A DNA stretch of 64,000 nucleotides from Planctomycetota bacterium. Its GTDB lineage: Bacteria > Planctomycetota > Phycisphaerae > WQYP01. Shown piece after piece: positions 19,202-28,532 of this stretch; the first letter of the stretch is position 1; every line of letters begins with the position of its first letter. The notes beneath the pieces were generated by a model. It did not search any database, was not told where the DNA came from, and worked only from the letters and a program-made list of their open reading frames with translations. A program made the position numbers and the translations under genes. The stretch covers positions 7,978 to 71,977 of the forward strand of contig JAJYFE010000002.1 in the NCBI GenBank assembly GCA_021785435.1. The letters run 5' to 3'.

Positions 19202-21001
19202 ATGAAGCGTTTTGCCCTGATGTTTGTAGTTGGTTTGGCGCTGCTGGTAGCTGGTGGTGCGGCGTCGGCAAAGACAGGCGCCGGAGCCTGGGCGGCGGAT
19301 TGGCCCATCGGGCGGATTGGAATGGCGCAGGTGCCGGATTCCCTGGGAGTGAATATCCATTTCACCAACCCCCGGCCCGGTGAGATGCGGATGCTGGCGG
19401 CAGCCGGCTTCCGTTGGATCCGCATGGACTTTGCCTGGGGCGCAACCGAGCGGATCAAGGGCCGCTACGATTTCCACGCCTATGACCGTCTGCTGGCGGC
19501 GCTGGAGCGCCACCACATGCGGGCCTTATGGATACTGGACTACGGCAATCCGCTGTATCAACATGGCCACGCCCCGACCACGCCGGCGGCTCGCCACGCT
19601 TTCTGCCGCTGGGTGGCCGCGGCGGTGCGGCATTTCAAAGGCCATGGCATCGTGTGGGAGATGTGGAATGAACCGAATGGCGGCTCCTTCAGTAGCGGCA
19701 CCGGCGGGCCGATGGGCCACTGGGGCGGTGCCGACGATGGTGTCCTGCATTTTCCGACCACCAGCGTAGCCTTCGGCATCCTCAATGTCGTGCGCCCGGG
19801 CCTTGGGAACTTCGCCGGCACGCTGGACTTTTCCAGCGCCAGTTTCGCAGCCGGAAAGGGAAGGCCCGCGACGCTGAAACTCTTCACCCGAGGGCGGTCC
19901 TGGAAATTCTGGAACGGCGCGGAATTTCCCGGCGCCAAGGGGAGTTTCAAACTGGCCAAGGTTCATGGCCAACGGGCGGGTGTCTTCTCCTACAATTTCT
20001 CCGGCGGCGGCAACTATGTGGACGCCACAACCAGGCTACGGCTCCGCGGGCCGGGGGTTCTGCGCTTCGAGGTCCGGTCGGTCGCGCCGCAGACCGTGCT
20101 GGTGCGAATCACGGACCACACGGGGCAAACGCTGCAGTTTTACCGCACGTATCCCACGGTTGGCCGCTGGCAGGAATTCCACATCCGACTCAGCCGCTGG
20201 CCGTCCACGGCCGCCGCTTACGCCCGGCTGGCGCTCGATGTCGGCAAGACGATCCGACGGGTGGCGCCGCAGGAGCTTTACGTCGGGCCGGCCTTGGCGG
20301 GCGTGCCGCATCTGAATTTCCTGCGGAGCTGTTTTCAGGCCGGCCTCTTGAAGTATTGGAACGCCGTTACGGTGCATCCTTATCGGCTGGGCGGCCCGGA
20401 AAGCGTGGTGGGCGACTATGCCGCCATTCGTAAGCTTATCACCCAATACGCCCCGCCGGGCAAGCGGATTCCCCTACTCTCCGGCGAATGGGGCTATAGC
20501 AGCACCTGGTACCGCGGCAATAATGGCCACCAGGCCCGCTACGTCGCGCGCGAGCTGCTGGTGAATCTGTGGCGGAAGATTCCGCTGTCCATCTACTATG
20601 ACTGGCACAATGACGGCGCCAATCCCGCAAACCGCGAGGATAATTTTGGCTTGGTGGATTTCGCTTACCACCCTGCCCGCGATCCCGTCTACACGCCCAA
20701 GCCAGCTTATCTGGCGGTTAAGACGTTGGCGAGCCAATTGCACGGCTGTGTTTGTACTGGGCGTCTGAAGGTCCGCCAATCCAACGACTATATCCTGCGG
20801 TTCGCTGGTCCAGGCGGCAAACGCCTCGTGGTGTGGAAAATCGGCAAGGGGCCGCGCGCTGTCTTTGTGCCGCTGCAATCCGGACGCTGGCGGGTCACCA
20901 ATTACATTGGCACGAAGACCCGCACCGTGGTGGTTCCACCCGGGGTGCACGGGCTGAAGCTGGCGATCTCCTACAACCCACAATATCTGATCCGGCGGTG
21001 A
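19202..21001 (+). CDS. Secreted glycoside hydrolase family 5-like (cellulase superfamily) protein with C-terminal beta-rich domains
   Basis: Signal peptide MKRFALMFVVGLALLVAGGAASA. Catalytic acid/base motif IVWEMWNEPN. AAGGAG RBS before the ATG at 19202. Confidence 0.7.
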   Translation: MKRFALMFVVGLALLVAGGAASAKTGAGAWAADWPIGRIGMAQVPDSLGVNIHFTNPRPGEMRMLAAAGFRWIRMDFAWGATERIKGRYDFHAYDRLLAALERHHMRALWILDYGNPLYQHGHAPTTPAARHAFCRWVAAAVRHFKGHGIVWEMWNEPNGGSFSSGTGGPMGHWGGADDGVLHFPTTSVAFGILNVVRPGLGNFAGTLDFSSASFAAGKGRPATLKLFTRGRSWKFWNGAEFPGAKGSFKLAKVHGQRAGVFSYNFSGGGNYVDATTRLRLRGPGVLRFEVRSVAPQTVLVRITDHTGQTLQFYRTYPTVGRWQEFHIRLSRWPSTAAAYARLALDVGKTIRRVAPQELYVGPALAGVPHLNFLRSCFQAGLLKYWNAVTVHPYRLGGPESVVGDYAAIRKLITQYAPPGKRIPLLSGEWGYSSTWYRGNNGHQARYVARELLVNLWRKIPLSIYYDWHNDGANPANREDNFGLVDFAYHPARDPVYTPKPAYLAVKTLASQLHGCVCTGRLKVRQSNDYILRFAGPGGKRLVVWKIGKGPRAVFVPLQSGRWRVTNYIGTKTRTVVVPPGVHGLKLAISYNPQYLIRR

Positions 21002-21183
21002 TGCGTCAGCTGACTGCAGGAATTGTCCGCCACCAGGCCGCAGCGGTGCTGGACGCACGAGACCCCGAACGTGTTAAACTATTTACCCAAGAACGTACAC
21101 CGCCAGGCCAAGGACCAAATCAATCAGATAACCATGGCGGAAAACCGTGAAGAGGCCGACCAGGCGTTTAAATGGAGACCATC

Positions 21184-22863
21184 ATGACCGTTTGGCGGAT
21201 GCACCGTTCCGCGCACGCGCTCGGCCTGTTGTTGGTATGGGCGTCGATTCACGTGCCGGTGGCGCAGGCCACCGGCACGAAGCCACTGTATGTGGTATCA
21301 ATCGGGAACCCGGCACGCGCCGCTCAGCTTCCCACCGAGTTGGCCGAGGTACATGCCCACGGCGCGGTGGACATTAAGATCAATCCCGGCGTTTACCGGC
21401 TGCCCAAGACGGCCAACGCCAACAAGCCGGTATTCAACCTGGTGCGTTGGCGGCACGTTGTGATTGGGGGTCATCACGTCATTTTGGTCATGCGCTCAAC
21501 CGATTCCGGGGACTGCTTCCGTTTGGATCGCTGTCGGCACGTGACCATCGAAGGGCTGACCATCATCCAAACCCGCCTCACGTTCTACCAGGGCAAGATT
21601 ACCGCGGTGCACAACACGAAGGCCGGGCTCACGTGTAACTGGCGCTGCGCTGCCGGCTACCCCTGCCCGGACGCCCACGCCAAGGGATTCCCGGCCAGCC
21701 AATTCCAGGCGACCACCAAGGGCCGAGTCCTGTTCAACTTGGTGGATCGCGAAACCAGGCGTTTGAGCCGTGGCGTGCCCGATTTGTGGGGGCGGGTTAC
21801 CCCGCTCGGGAGCCGGCTCTGGCGCGTGGCCTTTCAGGATCCCCGCCTGCCGTTGAAGGTCGGCGACTGGTTGGTTTCGCGATACGGTAATTGGCCACGA
21901 AAAATATTTCTCGATCACAGCCGAGGCTGTACGGTGCGGGGCGTCACACTGATGCGCAACGACTTTGCGCCGATCTTCGAGAACTACGGCGGCGGAAACC
22001 GCTTGCTCGATGACCGCTGGGTTCCGGGACCCAAGCCCGCAGGCGCACGGCAAGCCCCGCTGGTCACCAACGAGGCCGACGGCTTTCACAGTATCGGCGC
22101 TGAGCCGGGGCCGAGTGTCGAACATTGTGTTTTTCGGGGCGTGTTCCTCGACGATTGCATTGCCATTCATGGTTTCTTCCAGCAGGTGATCGCTGGGTCG
22201 GGCCGAAATCTAACTGTTCGGGAGCATGTGGCACGCCCGTATATGCACGCCGATCTTCGGGTCGGTGAACCTATACAAATTTCCGATACGCACGGTTTCT
22301 TCGCTGTTGCCCGGGTGATTTCTATCAAGTGCCACCGCAACCACACCGTCACCGTGACGCTGGACCGTAGCCTGGCCGTCCCTGCGGACGCGGATGTCAC
22401 CAACCCAGACCACTGCGGCCAGGGTTATCGGATTATCGACTGCTGGCTGGGAGATACGCGATCCCGTGGCATAATTGCCAAGGCGAATAACGGGATTATT
22501 CTCAACAATACCATCCGCGGCTGCGGTATGGCGGGCATATGTATCGGCCCTGAACTCGTGCATTGGTACGAAGCCGGATACTGCCATAACGTGATCATCG
22601 AGGGCAACACCCTCAGCCACAACGGAAAGGGTGGTGGCAATAATGCCGCGATCTACGTACACGGCGCGGTCTATGGATGCCAGCACCCCAACGCCGGCGC
22701 CATGGGCAACAGCGGCATCGTGATCAAGGACAACACACTGGCTGCCAACTACTCCGGCGGGATTCGCATGACCTGGACGGATGGCGGCGTGATCCGCGGC
22801 AATTGGTTTATAGGCGGTCCACCCTCTGTCGCAACCAGTCACTGCGTCTTGGTCCGCCATTGA
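21184..22863 (+). CDS. Secreted right-handed parallel beta-helix repeat protein (pectate-lyase fold)
   Basis: Tandem PbH1-like turns (NNTIRGCGMAGICIG, NVIIEGNTLSHNG, GIVIKDNTLAANYSGGIRM). Signal peptide present. GGAGA RBS before the ATG at 21184. Confidence 0.65.
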   Translation: MTVWRMHRSAHALGLLLVWASIHVPVAQATGTKPLYVVSIGNPARAAQLPTELAEVHAHGAVDIKINPGVYRLPKTANANKPVFNLVRWRHVVIGGHHVILVMRSTDSGDCFRLDRCRHVTIEGLTIIQTRLTFYQGKITAVHNTKAGLTCNWRCAAGYPCPDAHAKGFPASQFQATTKGRVLFNLVDRETRRLSRGVPDLWGRVTPLGSRLWRVAFQDPRLPLKVGDWLVSRYGNWPRKIFLDHSRGCTVRGVTLMRNDFAPIFENYGGGNRLLDDRWVPGPKPAGARQAPLVTNEADGFHSIGAEPGPSVEHCVFRGVFLDDCIAIHGFFQQVIAGSGRNLTVREHVARPYMHADLRVGEPIQISDTHGFFAVARVISIKCHRNHTVTVTLDRSLAVPADADVTNPDHCGQGYRIIDCWLGDTRSRGIIAKANNGIILNNTIRGCGMAGICIGPELVHWYEAGYCHNVIIEGNTLSHNGKGGGNNAAIYVHGAVYGCQHPNAGAMGNSGIVIKDNTLAANYSGGIRMTWTDGGVIRGNWFIGGPPSVATSHCVLVRH

Positions 22864-23607
22864 CCGTCTCGGGGCCGAGCAATGAGGCTGGGCAGAGACT
22901 CCGAGGGAAAGGGGCGACGCCCAGTCGTCATGTGCACGTTTAGGTAACCTCGGACCTGGCCAATGGTCGCTGCCGGAGCTGCTCGCCTTCGCAGACCACA
23001 GCATCGCTCCCGATGGCTGGCCCCACACGCCCTCTGTGCCGCAGCACGCCTACCCACCAAAGGAGGCCACACTGATCGGAGCGCGAAACGGGCACGCCAA
23101 TAGTTCCGTCGTGCGCGACCCGCGCCAGCCGCTCCGCCGTGCGGTTCAGCATGTGATGAACCTCGGCACCCCCGTAGAGCCGACGCCCTCATCGGCCAAG
23201 CCAAATCGCGTGCCGGCGCTCCCCCGGAAATCAGTGACCGCCCGTTTGTCGAAGCCCTACTGTACCCTGCCCGGACGGGTATTCCGTGGGGGGATTGGCC
23301 GACCCGTTTTGCTGCTTGGGACGCGGTATACCAGTGACTTCGGCGCCGGCAAAACGGCGGTATCTGGCGAGCGTGGTTCGAACGTTCGCCGGAAAGCTGG
23401 CCGCCGGCTGTACAGGTGTTATTTCTCGACAGTATGCTTATCCGCGCCCATCCTCCTGCGGCCGGTACGGTCCCATTCGACTTTGGGCTACCAGCCGCGG
23501 GCGCCGGAGACACAAGCCGTGGATGCCCCTGTGCTCCGCTCCCCCCCACGGCTTGCCAGCTTCGATGGACTCTCACACGTTGTGGTATGACGCGTGGGGG
23601 AAGGTCA

Positions 23608-25614
23608 CTACCGTTTCTCGCCTCGTACCGCCACGGCGCCTTGCATCTGGCCGGTGGTACGTTCAGCACCGGTGAAGCCCAGAGTTTCGTCGAGCCATTG
23701 ATCGGCAAGGGTTACGCCGCGTCTCTGGCGGACGGCGCGATGACTGGCGAAAAATTGGGCCAAACGCAGAATCAGGCGGCCCGCCAAGTTTGGCAGTGGT
23801 TGGCGACGTCGCCACAGAACCCGCAGCAGACTCGAAAGTCGCGCTAACCGCAGGCGCATCAGATCATCTTCCAGAGAGGCAAAAATGATCGAACTGCCGG
23901 GGTCGCCTTGGCGACCGGCTCGACCGGCGAGTTGGCGGTCAATGCGCGGAGCTTCGTGGCATTCGGTGGCAATCACATGCAGGCCGCCGCGACGGCGGAC
24001 ATCGTCCGATAATTGGATGTCCGTTCCGCGACCGGCCATATTGGTGGCCACGGTGATGACAGCCGTTTGCCCGGCCTGAGCGACAATATGGGCTTCTTGC
24101 TCATGGTGCAGGGCGTCAAGCACCACATGCCCAAGCCCCAGGGCGGTTAAGCGCCGGCTTAGGTCGCCGCTGGCGCGGACACTGCGCGTACCAATCAGAA
24201 GCGGGCGGCCCTGGGCATGCACACGCTGAATCTCGGCCAGCACGGCCTGCGTGCGGGATTCACTGTCGGCGAAAAGATGGGTTCCCTCCCGCCGGCGGAT
24301 ACAAGGCCGGTGCGGACCGATGCGGACCAGGGGCAGGCCATAGGTGCGCATCAGCTCCGAGCGAACCTCGGCCATGGTGCCAGACATACCCGCCAGCTTG
24401 GGGTAGCCGCGGAAGAACTGCTGAAAGCTGATGCGGGCCATGGTGCTCCGCGGGCCTTGGACATCTACGCGTTCGCGAGCCTCGACCATCTGGTGCAGGC
24501 CGTCGCGCCACTGGCGATCCGGCATCAGCCGGCCGGTAAATTCATCGACGATGACCACTTTGCCTTCGCGCACCACATACTGGACATCCGGCAGGTAGAA
24601 ATGTTTCGCTTCCAGCGCACGGCCGATCAGTTCGGCGCTGCGCCGGTGGGAGCGCCACACGCCGGGCAGGTCGTGGCGGAGTTCATCAATGCGGTTGGGG
24701 CCGGAGCCGGTGATTTCGACGGTTTTATCCGCCGCCACCAACTGATAGTGGACGCCTAACCGCATCCGCTCCGCCAGACGGTTGGCCATATGGTAGGCTT
24801 CAAGTTGCTCGGAGTTGGGCTGATCGGTGGAAATAATCAGGGGCGTAACCGCTTCATCGATGAGGATGGAATCGGCCTCGTCGACGATGGCGAAATGTAA
24901 CTCCCGCTGCACCCGCCCCGTCGCTGCCGGGCCAAGGCCGGCATGGCCACGCCGGTTCCCCGCCGCCCGGGCGATCAAGCGGTCTCGCAAGAGATCGGCG
25001 CAAACTTCCTTGTTGGTGCAATAGGTGACATCCGCGGCATAAGCCTGCGCGCGGGCGACCGCATCCATTTCGGCGTGGATATAGGCGACCGAAATCCCGC
25101 AGAAATTGTAGAGTTCGGCAAACTGTGCGGCGTCACGCCTGGCCAGATAGTCGTTGACGGTCACCACGTGTACGCCCCGACCACGCCAGCCTTCCAGTAC
25201 GGCCGGCAATACGGCGGTGATCGATTTACCCTCGCCGGTGGCCATTTCGATAAACAGGCCGTCGGCCAGAGCCAGGCCGCCGGCAAACTGTTCCAAGTAG
25301 AGCGTCAGACCGATTTTCCGGCGAACGACCTCGCCGATCAGGGCCGTGGCCCGCACACGATCAGCGGTAGATTGGCGATTACGGCGAAAACGTACGGCTA
25401 AACTGACCAGTTCATCGCGCAGGGCGGCCTCCGAAATATCGCGCAACGCGGGCAGGAGGCATAGGGCTTGCTCCGCCAGACGAAGGTAGTAATTTCGGCG
25501 GGGCCTAAGCTCGCGCAGTTTGCAAGCGGCCGCGTACCACAAGGCATCCAGGCCGGTCGGCAACGGCTCCGCCGAAAATTCAGCAGCGCGTTTTCGCCGC
25601 TGGCCGCTCGACAT
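23608..25614 (-). CDS. SecA-family ATPase paralog (NBD1-PPXD-NBD2 with a truncated scaffold/wing region)
   Basis: Walker A EMATGEGKSI followed by VHVVTVNDYLARRDA. Walker B LHFAIVDEADSILIDEAVTPLIIS. PPXD-like YVVREGKVVIVDEFTGR. Motifs KLAGMSGT, TNMAGRGTDI and RIDRQLAGRAGRQGDPGSS. Only ~95 aa follow motif VI, against ~330 in E. coli SecA. GGAGG RBS 7 nt before the ATG at 25614. Confidence 0.8.
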   Translation of the reverse strand: MSSGQRRKRAAEFSAEPLPTGLDALWYAAACKLRELRPRRNYYLRLAEQALCLLPALRDISEAALRDELVSLAVRFRRNRQSTADRVRATALIGEVVRRKIGLTLYLEQFAGGLALADGLFIEMATGEGKSITAVLPAVLEGWRGRGVHVVTVNDYLARRDAAQFAELYNFCGISVAYIHAEMDAVARAQAYAADVTYCTNKEVCADLLRDRLIARAAGNRRGHAGLGPAATGRVQRELHFAIVDEADSILIDEAVTPLIISTDQPNSEQLEAYHMANRLAERMRLGVHYQLVAADKTVEITGSGPNRIDELRHDLPGVWRSHRRSAELIGRALEAKHFYLPDVQYVVREGKVVIVDEFTGRLMPDRQWRDGLHQMVEARERVDVQGPRSTMARISFQQFFRGYPKLAGMSGTMAEVRSELMRTYGLPLVRIGPHRPCIRRREGTHLFADSESRTQAVLAEIQRVHAQGRPLLIGTRSVRASGDLSRRLTALGLGHVVLDALHHEQEAHIVAQAGQTAVITVATNMAGRGTDIQLSDDVRRRGGLHVIATECHEAPRIDRQLAGRAGRQGDPGSSIIFASLEDDLMRLRLARLSSLLRVLWRRRQPLPNLAGRLILRLAQFFASHRAVRQRRGVTLADQWLDETLGFTGAERTTGQMQGAVAVRGEKR

Positions 25615-25683
25615 GGCGACGCCTCCACCGCTATTCGTCGGCTGGCAGGTTGGCGCAAGCGGCAATTTAGGCATGTGCGTCAT

Positions 25684-25830
25684 AGGCAGTGACCAGTGAC
25701 CAGCGAACCGTGACCAGAGATAAGGAACTCCTTAATGATGACCAATGGCCAGCGAGCAGTGACCAGTGACCGAAGATAAGGCATTCCTTTTTTCTGGTCT
25801 CTGCGTCACTGATCACTGGTCACTGGATCA
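25684..25830. repeat. Two tandem hairpin units of the TGACCAG-heptad / AGATAAGGAAYTCCTT element filling the gap between the M50 gene and the SecA paralog
   Basis: GTGACCAGTGACC arms at 25688-25703, matched by the reverse-complement arm GGTCACTGATCACTGGTCAC at 25808-25828. Cores AGATAAGGAACTCCTTA (25717) and AGATAAGGCATTCCTTTTTT (25777). Confidence 0.6.
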
Positions 25831-28009
25831 TGCGGGCGATCATATCCCACACCTGCACGGCCGCCGGCGCGGATTGCAAGGACAACCGTACCGACACCGT
25901 CTGGCCGGGCCGTAAACACGACAGGCACGGGGAGGTCGGCTGCAACTCCAGGACAAAAAAGGGATTCCGGGCGGCCTGGGGCGTTTTCGCGGCCGGGGCG
26001 ATGGCTCCGCCAGCCAGATAGCTTAGGGCGGCCGAAAACAGTTGGGTTTCCCCGCCGGGGTATTCATGCACGATACGGGCGGATATCAAATCACCCGGTT
26101 GGCCAAACGGCCGGATCTGAGCCTGCCGAGATCCCCCCTGAAAGATGCGGCCCGCTTGATCCTGGCTGACGGCGGCCAACACCAGCAGTTGGTTACAGTT
26201 GACGACTTCACCCAAAGGGTCTCCGCGATGAAAATACGCCCCTATCCGCCGATCTAGATCAGCCGCCACCCATTCACCCGCCACCGGCGCGCGCACCACC
26301 AAGTCCGCGATACGCCGCTTAACATCGGTCAACTCGTCGTTGATGGCGCGAATTTGCCGGGCATAAATTTGCGCTTCAGCCGGATCGTGGGCAATCGCCT
26401 GGAGCCTCTTCATGCGGGTCTGGTCCCACTGCGCCAATAGTTCGGCGCGTTGGGTCAAGAGGTCGGGATTGGTCAAACGCACGAGAACTGTTCCGTCCCG
26501 GCCGGCGGTGACCTCTCGGCCTGATGCGACAAAACGGTGCAGGAATCCATCCGCCTGCGCGTAGACATTCCGTTGCGGTTCACCCCGCACCACGGCCTCA
26601 GCACGGCAATGCTGGGGCAGGGGAATCATCCCCAAGCCGACAATCGCCGCCGCGGCGATTCCGCCGCTCCATAGCAAGGCCCGGGGCCGCCGCCCGTGCA
26701 GTTCCGGGCTGGTCAGCACGTACCAGACACAACGGCCCAGCGGCACGACCACCCAGGCGATGATGCCGGCGGCCGCCATCACCATCAGCAGCAGCATGGC
26801 CGCCGGATATTGGTTCAGCGCCCTGATCAGGAACAACAAGATGCCGACCGATACCAACACCCTCACGACAACCGCACCAACCATATACGCCACCAGCCAA
26901 GCCCGCTGGCCGGGGGCTTCGGTCGGATCCAGCGCCCGTGGCACACGGAAAAGATAGTGGCGGAACAGGAATGAGACATATTGCATGCATCGGCCCAATA
27001 GATTGGGAATCTGCAATAGATCACAGCAAATGTAGTAACCGTCATAACGCAGAAATGGATTGCCGTTGAAAAGCACCGTTGCGACCGAGCCAATGAGCAC
27101 CAGGTCGTAGCAGAGAATGTTCGCCGCACTGCCGGGACTGGTCAGCGTCCAGAGAATCGCCGCGGTCGCGGCAACGGCAAAATCCATCCACATGCCCGCC
27201 GCCCCCACCACGACCCGGCGCCAGCGGTTCTTAAACGCCCACGCGCTGGAGGCATCGACATACGGAATGGGGGTGAAAACCAGCAGCATCAGCCCCATGA
27301 TGTGCACTTCGCCCGTGCGGCCTTCGCGCCAGCCGAATTTCTTGCACGCCAGGGCGTGGGCGGATTCGTGGAGCGTTTTGTCGATTACAAAGGCCAGGTA
27401 CAGCAGCAGCCAGTTGCCGGGCTTGAGCACCGTGGCGATACTCTGGGCCGCGCTGGAGAGACTGCGGCCCGAAGTCAGCACCGCGTAGACGGCGGCGACG
27501 AACAGCGCCAGCCAGAGCAGCAGCCCCGGCCAGGAAAATATCCAACCGAATACTGGAGTCACGGCGTTCAGCACGGCATCCGGATCAAAAAGCGGAATGC
27601 GTGGGAAGAGTAGGTTCATCAGGTTACCTTGGAGTTCGCGTTTGCGACGCTGCCGGTAGCGCCGCATCATCGACGCGGCATCCGGCGGCAACTCGGATTC
27701 CAATAGATTGCTGGACGCCAGTTGGCCAAGCAGTTCCAACGCCTCGGGTTGGGAAGGGGCGTCGTCTTCCAGCCGAGCCAGGCAGATCTCCCAGCACTGG
27801 GCCACGGTCCGTCTCCCGTCCATGAGGCCGATGAACTCGTAGGCCGAGCGGTTCAGCCGGAAATGGGTGTTGTTGGCTTGATCCTGCACCACATACCAGC
27901 GTTTGCCGCGATACGTTTGGCGGACGATCGCCACGCCGCTGCGGATGCGTGGCTTTAAGCCCGCCACCAAGTGCCAGGATTCATGGAAAATGGATTCAAT
28001 GCGCGGCAT
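25820..28009 (-). CDS. Tri-domain fusion: PqqD-like peptide-binding domain + peptidase M50 (site-2 protease) membrane domain + HlyD-family periplasmic adaptor domain
   Basis: N-terminal HFRLNRSAYEFIGLMDGRRTVAQCWEICLARL matches the PqqD consensus (LNxtAxxIxxLxDGRRxVA). HESAH zinc motif inside a TM helix. NGNPFLRYDGY matches the M50 NxxPxxxLDG motif. The C-terminal 250 aa is a HlyD-type barrel-sandwich/beta-barrel domain (VVRAPVAGEWV). The ORF-track start at 28036 lies inside a heptad repeat, so the start was moved to the ATG at 28009. Confidence 0.65.
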   Translation of the reverse strand: MPRIESIFHESWHLVAGLKPRIRSGVAIVRQTYRGKRWYVVQDQANNTHFRLNRSAYEFIGLMDGRRTVAQCWEICLARLEDDAPSQPEALELLGQLASSNLLESELPPDAASMMRRYRQRRKRELQGNLMNLLFPRIPLFDPDAVLNAVTPVFGWIFSWPGLLLWLALFVAAVYAVLTSGRSLSSAAQSIATVLKPGNWLLLYLAFVIDKTLHESAHALACKKFGWREGRTGEVHIMGLMLLVFTPIPYVDASSAWAFKNRWRRVVVGAAGMWMDFAVAATAAILWTLTSPGSAANILCYDLVLIGSVATVLFNGNPFLRYDGYYICCDLLQIPNLLGRCMQYVSFLFRHYLFRVPRALDPTEAPGQRAWLVAYMVGAVVVRVLVSVGILLFLIRALNQYPAAMLLLMVMAAAGIIAWVVVPLGRCVWYVLTSPELHGRRPRALLWSGGIAAAAIVGLGMIPLPQHCRAEAVVRGEPQRNVYAQADGFLHRFVASGREVTAGRDGTVLVRLTNPDLLTQRAELLAQWDQTRMKRLQAIAHDPAEAQIYARQIRAINDELTDVKRRIADLVVRAPVAGEWVAADLDRRIGAYFHRGDPLGEVVNCNQLLVLAAVSQDQAGRIFQGGSRQAQIRPFGQPGDLISARIVHEYPGGETQLFSAALSYLAGGAIAPAAKTPQAARNPFFVLELQPTSPCLSCLRPGQTVSVRLSLQSAPAAVQVWDMIARMIQ

Positions 28010-28040
28010 TTTCGGTGACCAGTGACCAGTGGCCAATGAT
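28010..28040. repeat. TGACCAG heptad repeat (left flank of the four-helix-bundle cassette)
   Basis: GGTGACCAGTGACCAGTGGCC. Confidence 0.55.
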
Positions 28041-28046
28041 ATGGAA

Positions 28047-28505
28047 TTACCCAGATTTCAGGCGGAGTGTGCGGATCGTGGCAAAAAGAATCCGCGCGAT
28101 TTCATCCGCAGCGTCGAGCAGTTGCTGCGCCGTCTGATGGTCCAAGTAATCTATATCCCGCATCCAGCTGATCCAGTACTTCGACTCCTGACATTCCTTG
28201 TATGCAATTGACGCCTGGTGCGACAGTTCCATGCCAGAAATGGCGGCGCCCGCCTCCGCCAGATTTGCGCCGATGGAGGTCCCGCTTCTGAGCAGCTGTC
28301 TGGACAATACGAAGTCGCGCTTTCGCCGGCGCGCGTCTTCGCAAGTCTTCACCACACGGAGCGCAAAGCCATAAGCCTTCACATACGCGGGACCCCCGGC
28401 GGCAGCGCCATCATTCTTGGGGTATCGCACTGCCGGCCCCGTCGTGCAACTGCCCTCTGCCACGTTATCGGTCACGGTGTTCCCTTTCCTCTGGTCACTG
28501 GTCAC
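28047..28505 (-). CDS. Four-helix-bundle protein (23S rRNA intervening-sequence protein family)
   Basis: LSRQLLRSGTSIGANLAEAG and KECQESKYWISWMRDIDYLD are signatures of this family. 152 aa. Confidence 0.8.
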   Translation of the reverse strand: MTSDQRKGNTVTDNVAEGSCTTGPAVRYPKNDGAAAGGPAYVKAYGFALRVVKTCEDARRRKRDFVLSRQLLRSGTSIGANLAEAGAAISGMELSHQASIAYKECQESKYWISWMRDIDYLDHQTAQQLLDAADEIARILFATIRTLRLKSG

Positions 28506-28532
28506 TGGTCACTGGTTACTGGTCACTGACTT
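28487..28532. repeat. Five tandem copies of heptad CTGGTCA (one variant CTGGTTA); right flank of the four-helix-bundle cassette, overlapping the stop codon of the TolC-family gene
   Basis: CTGGTCACTGGTCACTGGTCACTGGTTACTGGTCACTGAC. Inverted relative to the 28010-28040 copy. Confidence 0.65.

Noticed and set aside
18913-19458. 181-aa minus-strand ORF upstream of and overlapping the GH5 gene start
   Set aside because: Contains a family-1 repeat, has no motifs, and is antisense to the RBS and signal-peptide region of a supported gene.
22210-23708. Two minus-strand ORFs (272 and 289 aa) overlapping the beta-helix gene and the region downstream of it
   Set aside because: Antisense to, or trailing, a well-supported plus-strand gene. 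Composition is Arg/Ala-rich with no motifs. Treated as spurious; 22864-23607 is left as unannotated non-coding.
28487-28532. Short tandem repeats considered as a CRISPR array
   Set aside because: Period is 7 bp with no spacers, there are only 5 units, and no cas genes. It is a microsatellite-like heptad forming part of an inverted-repeat element.
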